Source: Diadema antillarum
Lineage: Eukaryota
Reading direction: 5' to 3'
Assembly: GCF_040938485.1 (NCBI RefSeq)
Contig: NW_027270897.1
Coordinates: forward strand, 1,116,001 to 1,180,000
Length of the DNA stretch: 64,000 nucleotides
In this document: positions 50,601 to 63,818 of the stretch, in pieces
How the letters are laid out: the number at the start of each line of letters is the position of its first letter
How positions within the stretch are numbered: position 1 is the stretch's first letter
The notes under the pieces: model-generated
What the model saw: the letters and a program-made list of their open reading frames with translations, nothing else
Database searches by the model: none
Told to the model about the DNA's origin: nothing
Position numbers and translations under genes: made by a program

Positions 50601-53600
50601 GTTAAGGTCACCGAAGTAAATTGGATGAAAGCATTCATATGAGTATAATTTACCAGCCACAATTGTTACTGTAGCGTGGTAATATAGTTTGAAAGGAAGG
50701 AAAGAAATGAATATCAGAATTTTTGCTACATTCAGAGAGGATTAAAGGTCAGTCAACTAAGTCAAAGGTCTGGATGAATAAACTCTGTAAATAACAGGTC
50801 ATACTAAGTCGTGATTGGTGGAGAAGGCTGAGGCCTTTGCACGCATGTGTAGATGAAAAGTTTGTGAGATATCAGTTTGGCTCTTTGTGTCATTGTGCAG
50901 ACGTAGGAAGAGACGCTCAAGATCTCGCTCACCGTCGCCAAGGAGATCCAGAAAGATGTCCCCTGCTCCCATCTCCACCGTTGTCCCCAGCACCTCAGCA
51001 ATAATGGGCAGAGCAAGGTGAGCTTGCCAGATTCACTCTCTTGCAGAAGATTGATGGATACTGCTATGGCATGATTTGTAATCCATTATAAAACATTATG
51101 TACCAACAAAGTTCAGATGATGGTCTCAGAGTGCAACACTGTTGCCATGCCTAAAGTGTATTATCCAGCTGAAATCATTTTATCGTCGTTATTTCACACA
51201 CTTAATATGCCTATGTGTCCATTTCAGAGCAAAAATTAACAGTTTCTGTGGGGCGCATAGAAACTACATTTTACCTTTGATAATACTACTAGTTCACTTT
51301 AAGATCTGTGTGATCAGGAGAGAACAGGACATTTATTCTTTTATATGTCTTATTATGTCTTATTTTTTTATTTATTTATTTATTTATTTATTTTTTTTGA
51401 AGCTTTGATGAAAAGGGCAAAACCTAATGCTTGCTGTTTTGGATGTCATTTCCTGAAATGCAAATTACTTAAAAATGTATTTTGTTTTCCTGAATTTGCT
51501 GACACCTGGCTGTGTAGCTCTGCCTCACCCCCTATGATGGAGGTATACCAGGAGAGGGAGATGTCTGTCTCATCACCAAGCAGTGAGCCAGGAGTAAGGC
51601 TCGGAAGGTGAGCTCCAAAGCAAATATCTTCTCTTGTCACAGACTATGTCTCCCTTTGTCGTCAGACCCCTTTTTTGCTTTTCATGCTTTTTTTATCTCA
51701 TATATGGGTCATACTTGTTTTATGGAAAACTGTGGTACAGTGATTTAAGCTGTATTTGCCATGTAATTAGAAGGTTATTATTTTTGTGAATTTTGTGAGT
51801 CTGGTGCTATTCGTGAATTTAACAGTACAAGAAAATATTAATTCTGATTCTGACATAAAAGTGATGTGCATGCGTACATGTATGCAGCACACAGTGCTTT
51901 TCCTAGACTTGGTGAGAAATGGAGTATGAATACAAACTGAGTTGGCTGCATGGTCTTTGTGGTTTGATATGATTAATGGTCCAGTTTACCTTTGGGACCA
52001 GTGATTTGAAAATTTTTCAAGATATCACATTTGATGCCTATGTGTAGGTCTGTTGTATCACAAAACATCCTACCATATAAAATTTTCGCAATAAAGCCTA
52101 AAATATAAGGAGATATCAGTATTTTTATGCCTCCGCCACGAAGTGGTGCCGGAGGCATTATGTTTTTGGGTTGTCCATCCGTACGTCCATCCGCATTCGT
52201 TTACGCGATAACTTGAGAAATATTGACTGGAATTTTACCAAACTTGGTCCAAGTATAAAGTATGATGGGGCAATTACTTAATTAGATTTTGCGTGAAATC
52301 GGGCAAAGGTCAAAGGTCAAGGTCAAATCATGAAATTGTATCCGTTTACGCGATAACTCAAGACTGGATCGAGCAAATTTCACCAAACTTTGTCCGAGGA
52401 TGATGTATGATGGGACAATTACATGATTAGTTTTTTAGTGAAATTGGACGAGGTCAAAGGTCAAAGATCAAGGTCAAATCCTAAAATATAACTGTTTACG
52501 TGATAACTCAAAACCGGATGAAGCAGCTTTCACCAAACCTGGTCCAAGGATGATGTATGATGGGGCAATTAGTTGAGGAGATTTTAGTGACATTGGCAAG
52601 AGGTCAAAGGTCAAAAGGTCAAGGTCAAATCTGCTAAAAATGTTGCTATTTCCCCCATATCTATGCATTGCCCAAAGGTATTTTATTGAAACTTAGTGTA
52701 GACATGTACTACTGTGTAAAGATTCTCCAGAGAGAGTTTCATGTCATGAGGTCAAAGGTCAAAAGGTCAAAGGTTAGGTGAAAATGTTGCAATTTCACTT
52801 TTCTTGCAAATGGTTCAATATATCTTCATGGAACTTGGTACATATGCATGTACTGACCGGCAGGGATTATCTGTGGAATTTAGGGGTCATGGGTCAAAGG
52901 TCAAGGTCAACTCCTCAATATTTTACTGTTTCCCTAGTATACTAGTATATGCAATGCTTGCATTATTAGTTTTAAAACTTAATATATACATGTATTACCT
53001 AATGGAGATTCTCTGGGAAATTTCCAGCCAGAAGGTCAAAGGTCAAAGGTTAAGGATCAAAGGTCAGGTTTAAATAAAAAAAAAAAAAATCTATTTTGTA
53101 CTGTAATAAAACTCTTTCTTCATGCCTTGAAAATTACTCAATGCACAAACTTATAACAGGGTCGGTCAGAAGTCAAGCACAAAATCCTCAATTCCCCAAA
53201 TATATGTACCTGCACTCTTAGACAATTATAGCAAACCCAGTTTGAGGAAACTGAACACTCAAGACATTTCTGACAAACCTGTCATATCAGTATTTTGCCA
53301 GTTATGTGAAACTGTCATCACACATTGTGAAGACATTGTACTATACACCTATTGGGAGAATCATGCATTATGGCGGAGGCATCAGTCGCCACAGCGACAT
53401 TTCTAGTTCTTAATAAACCATAACTGTAGACGGTTAAGTCTGGAAACATTTGTATTATAAATATTGTTCACATTTTGTATATTTAACAATACTTAACATT
53501 GATAATGCGGATTCAAATTTTATACAGTGGTTGTTTCTATCCCCAACTCACATTTTAGAACTATTTTAAAGCACTAATGCTGGGTTTTTGTTTCATCTGC

Positions 53601-54389
53601 AAATGGTAAATTATGCCTTTAAAATGTTAGTACAAATCCTAAGATTCCTTTTTGAGTCCATGTCAGTGTCTCAGTTACATGCTTTCTATTTTTTTTTTCT
53701 GATTTGTACATTAGTATTCAACCAAGTGGACTGGAAGTGAAGACTGAGTCCAAGACAAGCACCAGTGTGAGTATCTACATAGCTTTTTATGTGCCACATT
53801 TGTGCGCCTGACTCAAAACGCACAAGCCTGCCCAATCCGATCAATAAATCGCCAATTGCCAGAGTGTCTTTCGCTGTTTTGTGTGTTAAAGTCATGCCTC
53901 TACAATAATGTAGCTGCTGATCATTTGAAAGAAAACAAAAATTTAAATTTGTCATACAATTTATGTCAAAGCAACTTAGCTTGGCATTTTCTCTACAACT
54001 AGTGAAGGCGTAGTGATGCCTAGTGAAATAATAATAATAATAATAATAATAATAGACATTTATAGAGCGCCTTTTCCACTGGATGCAAAGCGCTATGACA
54101 TGTCATCCCTGGTCGCTATAGGAGATAAAATATATACAAAATACCAGGCAGTGACAGTATAAGCCCAGTGCACATAGAGGGACATCAAAATAAATAAGTC
54201 TTCAAGTTTTGTTTGAAATGATCAGTGTCTGGTTAATGTGAGCTTTGGCATCTATAGCCAAGGTATTTTCTGACCGTATATCATGTCAATTGTGGCTCTC
54301 CTTCCCCAATGTGACTGCAGGACTTACGGGCAAAGATACGGGCCATGCTAGCCGCCACCAGGGGAATGCCCAGCGAGGGTTCCGGATGA
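44628..54389 (+). CDS. SFSWAP: Splicing factor suppressor of white-apricot homolog, C-terminal part (Pro-rich region, second SURP domain, RS region, C-terminal motif), about 565 aa; 5' exons not found
   Basis: Exons 44628-44838, 45631-45911, 46499-47008, 48232-48405, 50173-50368, 50901-51017, 51518-51607, 53715-53766 and 54321-54389; all phases agree. [98 protein letters not shown] and [12 protein letters not shown] follow vertebrate SFSWAP in order. The first exon starts mid-codon. Confidence 0.92.
47560..48220 (+). repeat. Long polypyrimidine low-complexity tract ending in (CCCTA)n
   Basis: Direct read; lies in an SFSWAP intron and abuts the acceptor at 48231. Confidence 0.85.
51977..53618. 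mobile_element. TTAA-type MITE (same family as 231-619) interrupted by a Helentron-like insertion
   Basis: TTAA at 51973-51976 and 53619-53622; the two halves are colinear with 231-619. Confidence 0.8.
52125..53407. mobile_element. Helentron/DINE-1-like element with six ~145-bp central repeats
   Basis: ATGCCTCCGCC / GGCGGAGGCAT subterminal inverted repeats, partial inverted repeat CGGAGGCAT, TCCG/TCCA block, GTCGC-CACA-GCGAC hairpin and CTAG end; inserted in a T-run with no target duplication. Confidence 0.85.
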
Positions 54390-55104
54390 AAGGCTGTGGC
54401 GTCGCTGCGAAAACCGAAGCAGCTTGCACTGAGAGTGAAAGACGGGAGCCCTCACAAGGACCAAAATCATGGCATCGCCAAAAACGAGAAATATTACGGA
54501 GTAAAAGCGAAATACCAAACCTACGAGAGGAGATGTGATGCATGCCTGAAGGAAAACGGTAGAAGAGACGCAGTGTTTCATGAGAGATGATTGCCCATGT
54601 CAGCCAGAGAGTCTTTGGGGTCATGTATCCAGGCCAGTCACCCCACTCTACTATTCGACTTGTGCCGCCACAGCAGAAATGGACAGTAAAAGACGGACCG
54701 TCTGTTTGCGGCCACTGTGAAACTCATGTGACGCTTTCTCACTGGAAGAGAAAGCAGTGAACTTTTAACAGCCATCAAGATATCTTCATATCTATATATA
54801 TTGAGATGAAATTGAAGCAGCCAAAGTGCTGCCCGTATCCCTAGTTGACATTCTTTTTATTTTTCTTTCATTGATCTTCCTTCTCTCCGTTCAGTCAATC
54901 ACTTCAGATAAGAGAGATTAAAAAAAAAAAGAGAAGAAAATTAAGAAAGAGTATTACTCAGGGATAATATTGGATTATTCTCTTAAAAAAACGTGTGTGA
55001 ACATGCAGTGAATTGATTATGAGATGACCCCCAGTAACAAACAGATGAAGTCTGGAGCATTGGCGCAGTGAAGACAGTAGTAGATGTGTGTCTATGTGGT
55101 CCTC

Positions 55105-55162
55105 TGTGTGTGTGTGTGTGTATGTGTGTGTGTGCATGTGTGTGTGCATGTGTGTGTGTATG
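55105..55162. repeat. (GT)n-rich microsatellite
   Basis: Direct read. Confidence 0.85.
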
Positions 55163-56361
55163 TATGGCTGTGTGAATTGGCCTGTTTGCAAAGATGCAGA
55201 ACAGAGTAGCACAGAGCGAGTGCTCTGTGTGTTGCCAATGTATTTTTTAACAAGAGATGGAGTGACATGTGGTATTATCTCCATTAGTAAAAAAACCTCA
55301 GATGCAACTGTGACATATACGAGTAATACAAAATTGAAAAAAAAGAGAAAAAAAGGATATATTTATAACTTGTGAATACCTTATAACTACCTATTATGCA
55401 CGCAGTGTATCATTTGTGTAGAAGTATCTAGTGTGTAACTGTGTGAGGGATTTGTTGTTCTTTGCATGTTTGCGGGCAAAAGATGAGAGTGATTTAACTG
55501 TCACGCACTAGGGTGGGATTTCATTGAACTATCAGGGATGTGCTAATAGCCGCATTTGTAAATTGGCAAGGTACGTGTACTCATCACATTCCGTGAATGT
55601 AAGATGTGTTTGTAGATACGTTTCATTTGTTTTCTTGACATGTTTTCTGTTTTCGTGATGCATTGTTGTATCATATCGTGTAGAGAAAAGAAAACAAAGG
55701 TCTATCAGGAAATGGCATTTACACAGATTGTCGGTCTCAATGGGATATGTTGATGCTAATTGAGGCATATATTTTTACCTGCTGACACGGTATTTCAATG
55801 GTATATGTAACTGTGAGAGATAGTTATCATTATGGAATTCAAGAAAACATTGTGAATAGGCTCTGTATGCCAGTGTGCATGTATTATAGATTTCAATGAA
55901 GATATGTCAAGATGTGTAGAAGTATGCTGAAGTCAAACGATGTGAGAATGTGGGGACTTGCACTGACAAAGTCACCACCATAAATATGTTTGCAAGGACA
56001 TTTTTCTCTTCTGTGGCAGAAGCATTATTGTCAGCCATTTGGATTAGTGGAGAACAATGCCTCAGATTTATGTATGTGCTTGCAAGATTTATTGGTATGA
56101 TTAATTTTCTCCCTTCTTTTCTTGGTGGTTGTATGTTGGGGGAGAATAAATGTTTTGCTGTATTGTGTTTTCTGTAGCTGTGTTGTGGAGAAGTCTGAAA
56201 AAGCTGTTGCTTTCATCTGTATTGCAAGTGATTAGTCCAAAGGTTATAGGAAAATGCGTTGGAATGAGCTGATGTCGACCATGATTACCCTATTGCGCTA
56301 TCAGGTGTCGGTGTAACACATGTAGAGCGTAGAATATTTGTTAAACTTTAGTTTTGCATTA

Positions 56362-57675
56362 TTATACCCCCGCCAAACGAAGTTTGAAGGGGGTATATAG
56401 GAATCAGCGGACGGTCGGTCGGGCGGTCGGTCGGGCGGTCGGGCGGTCGGGCGGTCGGTCGGGCGGTCGGTCCGTTGCAAATCTTGCGTCGCGAACTACT
56501 TCCTCAGTTTTCAACCGATTCCCATAAAACTTGGCACAGATGTGTGCCTTGGGTTGTAGATGTGCAAGACGTATTTTTTGACAGTACCCAAAAGTACGTT
56601 GCCATGGTAACGGCATATTATGGGCAAAAATGGGTACAAATCTTGCGTCGCGAACTCCTCCCACAGTTTTTGATCAATTTTTATGAAATTAGGTACAGAT
56701 GTTCATCTGAATATGTTAATGTGCAAGACACATATTTCTGCAGTGGCAAAAAGTGCGTTGCCATGGTAACGGCATGTTATTGGTAAAATATAGGGCAAAA
56801 TGCTTCATGGCAAAACTGCTTCATCAGTGTTCTTCCAATTCTCATGGAATTCATATTGAATGTTTGTCTTAGGATATAGGTCAGCATGACACATTTCTTG
56901 ACAGTGACAAAAAGTATGTTGCCATGGTAACAGCTCACATATTATGAGCCAAAATGATGGAAAATTTTGTGTTGCAAACTACTTCCTCAGTTTTTGCCCA
57001 ATTTCCATGAAACTTGGTACAGATGTGTGCCTTTGGTTGTAGATGTGCAAGACACATTTTTTGACAGTACCCGAAAGTACGTTGCCATGGTAACGGCATA
57101 TTAATGGCAGAAGATCAAGGAAAGATCTTGCGGATTTAACTACTTCCTCAGTTTTTTGACCAAAGCTTATGAAATGTGGCACACACCTTGATCTTGGTGG
57201 GAAGATGTGGAAGACATATTTTTCGGACGTGTCGGAAGCTGCGTTGCCATGGTAACGGCATATAAATGGCAGAAGATCAAGGAAAGATCTTGCGGATTGA
57301 ACTACTTCCTCTGTATTCGACTGAAGCTCATGAAATGTGGCACACACATTGGTCTTGGTGGGAAGATGTGCAAGACATATTTTTTGGACGTGTCGGAAGC
57401 TGCGTTGCCATGGTAACGGCATATTAATGGCGGAAGATCAAGGAAAGATCTTGTGGATTGAACTACTTCCTCAGTTTTTGACAAAAGCTTATGAAATGTG
57501 GCACACACAATAGTCTTGGTGGGAAGATGTGCAAGACATATTTTTCAGACGTGTCGGAAGCTGCGTTGCCATGGTAACGGCATTTAAATGGCAGAAGATC
57601 AAGGAAAGATCATTCCTTGGGTAAGACTGTCGTCACGGGGCGGGGGTATTAATCACCTTAAGTGATATTTCTAGT
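56362..57675. mobile_element. Helentron/DINE-1-like element with a ~161-bp tandem array (7 units plus a partial)
   Basis: ATACCCCCGCC / GGCGGGGGTAT subterminal inverted repeats, GGGGGTAT partial repeat, (CGGT/CGGG)n block, ATCAC-CTTAA-GTGAT hairpin and CTAG end; GTTGCCATGGTAAC at 56598, 56757, 56918, 57081, 57243, 57404 and 57565. Confidence 0.85.
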
Positions 57676-60600
57676 TTGCATTGCATACAGGGTCTGCTTT
57701 TCCGTTAAATGTATGGTAATACGTGTGTTGTTCCCCGCAGAGTTGATTAGAAAGAGCAAAATTTGGCATTTTAAGCGTGTCACGAAAGCAGGCTACACTC
57801 TCCTCATGGCCACCTTGAGCTTCCATTTTAGCCTGACTGATGATAGGGAGTCACTGTCAAAGTAAATTCAATGCAGTTCTACTGATTTGGTAGATGGATA
57901 GATGGTTATAATCATGTCTCCTGGAGTCTTTCACAGGAGAGAATGTGAAGTCTAGCTCCCTAGTAGGAATTGCAAGGACAAAAAAACACAGAGCGATTCT
58001 GGAAAGGTTTGGAAGAGTCATGAGATTGGAAAGAGAGGGATCGACCACTTTACCACTCCATGATAATGAGTGTGAAGTTCAGGGCATCTTGCTGGCAGGC
58101 GTAAGGGTGTTTTTTCTCACAACATGCGTTTCCTTACCCCTGCAACTGATGAGCACCCTTTGAGCTGCAATGCAAGAGAAATATGTCAACGTTTTCTGAA
58201 GAGATGTGATGCATAAGATATTGTAGACAAGGGTGCCACTTAATAGCCTCATGCTTGCCTGGGTCATTTGCATTCTTCTGTCGAGATTGAAGTCTGCATG
58301 AGGTCTTGAACCAGTGGTCACTTCCCTCTTTTGTTTTTTTTTTTCTCTCTCTCTCAGGAAGGGCCGAGCGTCATGGCACGGAAATTTCTGGACATCATTG
58401 AGAAATGCACATGCTCTGCATGCTGTAGTGATGTGGCAGGAACATGGTGGAAGAAAATGAAAGGATTAATAATGTTAGCATTTGGAATGAGGATGGTGGA
58501 GGGACCCAAGACTTCAGTTTATTGTTGAAAATTTTGTCATGAACCGTCATGCTGTGTTAGAGCATGATAAAGTATAAGTGCAATATTGTCTCTTTTGGTG
58601 CACCTGTATTTTTCTTTCTTTGTTTTTTTGGTTTTGTTTAGAGCATATAATGAAACTTGGGTGATTCATGAATCTTTTAGAATATAATGAAAGGGGGAAT
58701 GGATGTATTGTAGAATTGCAATGACATTTTTTTTCCCCTAACGATAGGGGTGGGGAGGAGAGGCATCAATGCAGAAGTCATGGAAATTCATTCTTTACTG
58801 TCGGCAGGGGGATCTGATTCACAAAGCAAGCTAATTAGAAGTGAATACAGGGATGTGTAGAGGGATAGAATGGAATGGCATGTGGTCAGTGTGTAGTGAT
58901 GTAGGATTTACTGCCCATGTTCAGTGTGTGTGTGTCCACTGGAAGACAGTCGTGTTTAGTCTTGGTATTCAGGCCCGATCCTAGATGGCAGGAATGTCAT
59001 TTGTCTCACAGAGGATGAATCCTTGTTGTTTTCTTCATACCACATTCATTCATTCACCCCTCTCATAAGCATGGGCAGAGGGCTGAAGACGAGACTAGCA
59101 CTGGATTCTGTGCAAGAAAGTGATGGAACACCAGAAATGATGGAACGACCCTCTACGTTAGAGGAGGATGAAATCAGGCTAAATATCATGTATGTCCTTC
59201 AGTAATAATGATATTATATATCAGTGTCATTGTTTTGTGTGATTGAATTGAAGGAAATGAGAGCCTGAAGCAGACAGTATCCTACTGAAGTGTATTTTGT
59301 ACAGACCATTGTCTCCATGACAACACACGGCTGTAGTAACCAATCCGACTCCAGCTTTATCTCTTGCTGCTTGCCTATGGACACGCCTTTCCTACCTTTC
59401 TTTTCCATAGAGCCAAACCTGGGCATGTGTCCTAGAGGGTAGTGTAGAGTTTTGCCGCTGAAAAGCAGGAAAAAAACTAACAAAGTGTCTTTCTGTCAAA
59501 CATTCCCTCCTGCGGAGCAAAGACTTGTTGACAATTGTGATGTCATTTGTTTGGTTACTTGCTGCCCAAATAGCAGAAAGTCATCTCCCTGCACCCCCTT
59601 CCAGTTTGCGGCTGAAATAAACGGCCGAATATCGTGACCAACCAAATGCCCAATGTGTTTCAACTTTTGGCCAGCAGAGCGCTGAACTTTGCATGCATGT
59701 CCAGAGGCACATTCAAAAGTTAAGGAAGTTGTAATCTGTGTATGTTTGTGTGTGTGTGCGTATGTGTTCGTGTTAAAAAATATGCTATCTTAGTCTTTTG
59801 GCAGGCTCTGTGTGTCATCACACAGAACAGCATGCGTAGATAGTGAGTTGTTCATGCAATAGTTGACTGTCTGAGTACGCGCAAAGAAAAGAAATCCTGT
59901 TTTGCTGCTTTCTGTGCTTTGTTTTGTGTAATATATTTTGGAAAATTGGACTAACACCTATAGACTTTACGAGAGTGGTTTATACCATTGCCTCTGATAT
60001 TCTGGCATATGGGAGTTTGTGATCATTGGTGATTTCTCTTGTGCTCTAACTTTAATGTTGTATACGTGATATTTATTTTGTTGTGGTTTGTTCACATTTT
60101 TTTTTGTTTTTGCTTCTGCACCAGAGTTTTTGAGGCATTGTATTTTTTGGAGTATAGATTATGCCTTGTACAATGTAACAGAGTGTGTAATGTGTACTAG
60201 TACTGGAGCATGGAATTCTTAAGACCAGCTCAAACTTAAACGTGGTAGTATTCAGATGCAAATTGTTACTGTCGTGTCTGCGACATGAAAAATTCTGAGA
60301 CAGAGTAATCATCATTGCACTTTGTGTACTCACTGTAAGATTCTTATCAGGACCTTTCTCCTCATGTGTGTATTTAATCGGAACAAAAACGCAGGTAGCC
60401 GATCAGTAACTGGTAGTTGTGCTAGTAAGATGTTGTGTTTATGATATTTTTGTGGTCAAAATTGCATGTAATCTCCTCTGTAATGATGTGAATTAGTCAC
60501 GCAGCATGATGGTAGTGCTGTGGATTCCTCACAAGGTTCAGATGAAAGCGGCTGTAGAGCATGCTTATGCTTCCGTGTGTAGATGTACCATGGTATGTTT

Positions 60601-62649
60601 CTTTTAATACTGACGTAGGCACATCCTTGTAAAGATGATACATTTGTGCCAGATTTGATGCAGATCTCGTGCAGTTTGGACTTAAACCTGTGAAAACATA
60701 AAACAGAGATCTGAGGTGAAGTCCCCTGTTTGTTTGTTTGCTTGTTTGTTCTCTGGCAAAGGTTGACACTCCAGTCAGACATGATTTTTGTCTCATGTGC
60801 GCATATTTTTAGTGAGTGTAATGTGAGAGGGGAATTCCCACAGTGGTTAAAGACGCCGCATATTGATATTTATTGAGACTGTGTATGCATACTGATATGC
60901 AAACACCAAATTATTGCGTGACTGTGTCTACGAATTTTTTTTTTTATATTTCCTTTTTTTTTACTGAATTGTAGTGTCAGTAAAGAGGATGATTTGCCGT
61001 TTGGATGTCCTATGGACTGAGTGAGGATTACGTCTCCTGGCTGAGAGAGGCCGCCAATGACGTTCAGGGGATGTACAATCTATTAGAGTTTTACTTATAT
61101 CATTATTATTTATTTTTTATTGATGGCCAAATTGACCAATCCATTTGATGCCTGTCAATGTCAATTGATTGAATGACATCAAAATTAGGAAGGAGAAAGT
61201 GGGAGGAATGTGTCACATGAGTTTGTGTAGAGCCTGTTGTAATTTCCAGTCTAAAAGTGTGAAGGACTTAGCGTACCTAGAGGTTGTTGTTTTTTTTTTG
61301 ATAATGCATGGAGTTGAGTCACATTTCTCTCTGCCTTCCAGTGGAAAATTCACTCCTAGACTGTCTGGGAGTGATTATTTTGTTGGGTGTTTTTTCCAAC
61401 TCCTTTCTCTCCTTTTTTTTTTCTCCAAAAACATTCAAGAGTGCTAACTTTGCCAAAGCTTTGTTAAGTCTTTGAATCTCAGCGACCTGCCAATGTGAGA
61501 GTATGGAGCGAAGTCACTGTCCTGTACAAAGAATATTATGCAAATGTGTTGCAGCTTTCAGTGTATCATAATGTGAATGCAACAGACGACGCTCCAAGTG
61601 AAGATTATGATAACGATATGATGATGATGCTTGAAATTAATAAGATGTCTGTGTGGATATGGAGTGTTTGTTTTATTTTTTATTATTATCATCATCACTA
61701 TGAAATATTTCTCAATTATATGTATAATGTATGAGTGCATTAAGGTTAACAGTGGTTTGTTTGTTTGTTTTTCTTGTGTAAAATTTGTTTTGCAAGTTGA
61801 TATGTGGAGGCAGTTAGCTTCCACACACCAGTGTGAAACAGGTGCGTAGGGCTGTGGGTCCCGCACCAACACATTTGTATCCTCCACGTGTCCTGTGTAA
61901 CGGCATGCTCTCTTGAGCCCCCTGTATATAGAGTCTGTGTGTACAAACTGAAGAGAGAAAGAGAGAGTAAACCGTTTTATCATTCTTTTCAAAACACATT
62001 TGCCCCCGCGTCTGTCTTTTGCGTGCCGTAGAAAGAGATTTGGTCGGAGTGAGAGATTGGCGAGTGATGTAGATATATCTAATGTGGATGGGGGGGGGGG
62101 GGGGGGGGGGAGTGAGGATGTAAAAACGAACTTGCAATGGAATGCTTCATATGAATCAATGCAATTTAGAATAGAAATAGTTATTTTTCAAGGATATTGC
62201 AATTATGAATAAGGGCACATTTTACACACACACACACACATTCACAAGTAGAAACACATATCATGCAAGGGAGATTAAAGTTTGATCTCAGAGATGTTGG
62301 GTAGTGAATAATAATTTGGTTCATCTCTTTTTTTTTCGATATATTTCTGCGTGATCTAGGTCTAATCCATATCAGTGAAACCACATTTAGCCTTGTATCG
62401 ACAGAGGTACATGTAGCACGTCTCGCCTCATTGTGCGGTACCCATGTTATTTGTTCAAGGGGGAAAAAATGGCTGTTCCTTGTGCCGGGTTTTGCAACCT
62501 GCTTTTCCCATTTTTACAATGTCATGTACATTTCCACCTAAATGTGCATATTCTTTAAAATAAAAAAAAGAAGAAGAAAAAACTACAGTTTTAGTGTGAG
62601 CTCACAAAATCATATCTCCACAACAAAGCAGCGGCACATGACCTACCAC

Positions 62650-62699
<50 letters not shown>

Positions 62700-62722
62700 T
62701 GCACACACACGCACAAACACAT
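62650..62722. repeat. (AC)n microsatellite
   Basis: Direct read. Confidence 0.95.
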
Positions 62723-63818
62723 ACACATTCACACAAGCTGATACGTAGTAACCCAGAATAGTAACATGCCACACTTAAAGATATATCAACATGAAACCTG
62801 GGACATCCAGATAGTATGCAAAAACATTTATTGCACATTTCCAGCATTAATCCACACACACACTCCATCATTAGACACTAAAAGTACAACAGCTAGCAAT
62901 ATAAACAGTTACAAGATACCTACATTATCCCTTTTTTATTCTCTGACAGCACATACATGTGTATACTGAAAAAAACAAACAAACAACTAAATTAGAAAAG
63001 ACAGTTAGGGATTGCTTACATTTTTATACCAATTTGTTAGATCATGTACACAGCAAAATTGGTGTACATAATTGTTTTTCAGGAAAATTAAGAGACACTG
63101 AATGTTTTCTTTCTTGCTGATAAAATCATAAAATATAGGTAAGTGATATTGATTTTTATTCCAAGTGAAGTAACAATGTTCTGTAAAACACAATGTTCAG
63201 ACATTGCACATTCCGATAACCTGGATATAGCACACCAGAAGTTGCCCAGCTTCCAATTTCAAAACTTCAGAGTTCTCTTCATATTTTCTTACCCTGAGAG
63301 GTTGACGGTACAAAAATTAGTAGTGACACACAATGCACAATAATAGTGCATGATTACGCTATGAAAATAACTACTAGTAAATTAATGACTGACTGAATGA
63401 ATAACAAGAAGACTGAAGATTTTATTTGTGTCCAAAGGCAGCGACACAATGTGAACCTCAAGTCTGAATGAGTGGAATTGCAGTCTTTAAAATTTTTCTG
63501 TGTGATAAGACCAAATAGCAAATAATTTATCCTGCAGCATGCATTGCTATACTAGATATATCATCTATTGCACAAAATACCACTACAAGTAAGATGTATG
63601 CTGACTGTATAATTCCTTCTGTACAGCACACTTCCTATACCCGTCATATGTGTGCTAATTGGCATACCACCGTATACTCCATCCATTTAGCAGGTTTTTA
63701 CTGTCACAAATTTCACCAGTCGGGTGCTATTCGTGAATTTCACACCATGCGAAATACTAAGTCTGATCCCAACATGAATGCAAAGTGCACACGTACATGT
63801 ACGTATTGGTAAGCAGTA

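Noticed and set aside
56480-57620. CRISPR-like look of regularly spaced palindromic 14-mers
   Set aside because: The intervening sequences are similar to one another (tandem units, not unique spacers), there are no cas genes, the context is eukaryotic, and Helentron-like termini enclose the array.
57945-58163. TKKHRAILERF resembles the start of SFSWAP SURP1
   Set aside because: It lies downstream of the stop codon, the similarity does not extend and there is no supporting splice structure.
32538-62110. Many long G or C homopolymers
   Set aside because: Scattered with no positional pattern; treated as genome background whose lengths are assembly-sensitive.
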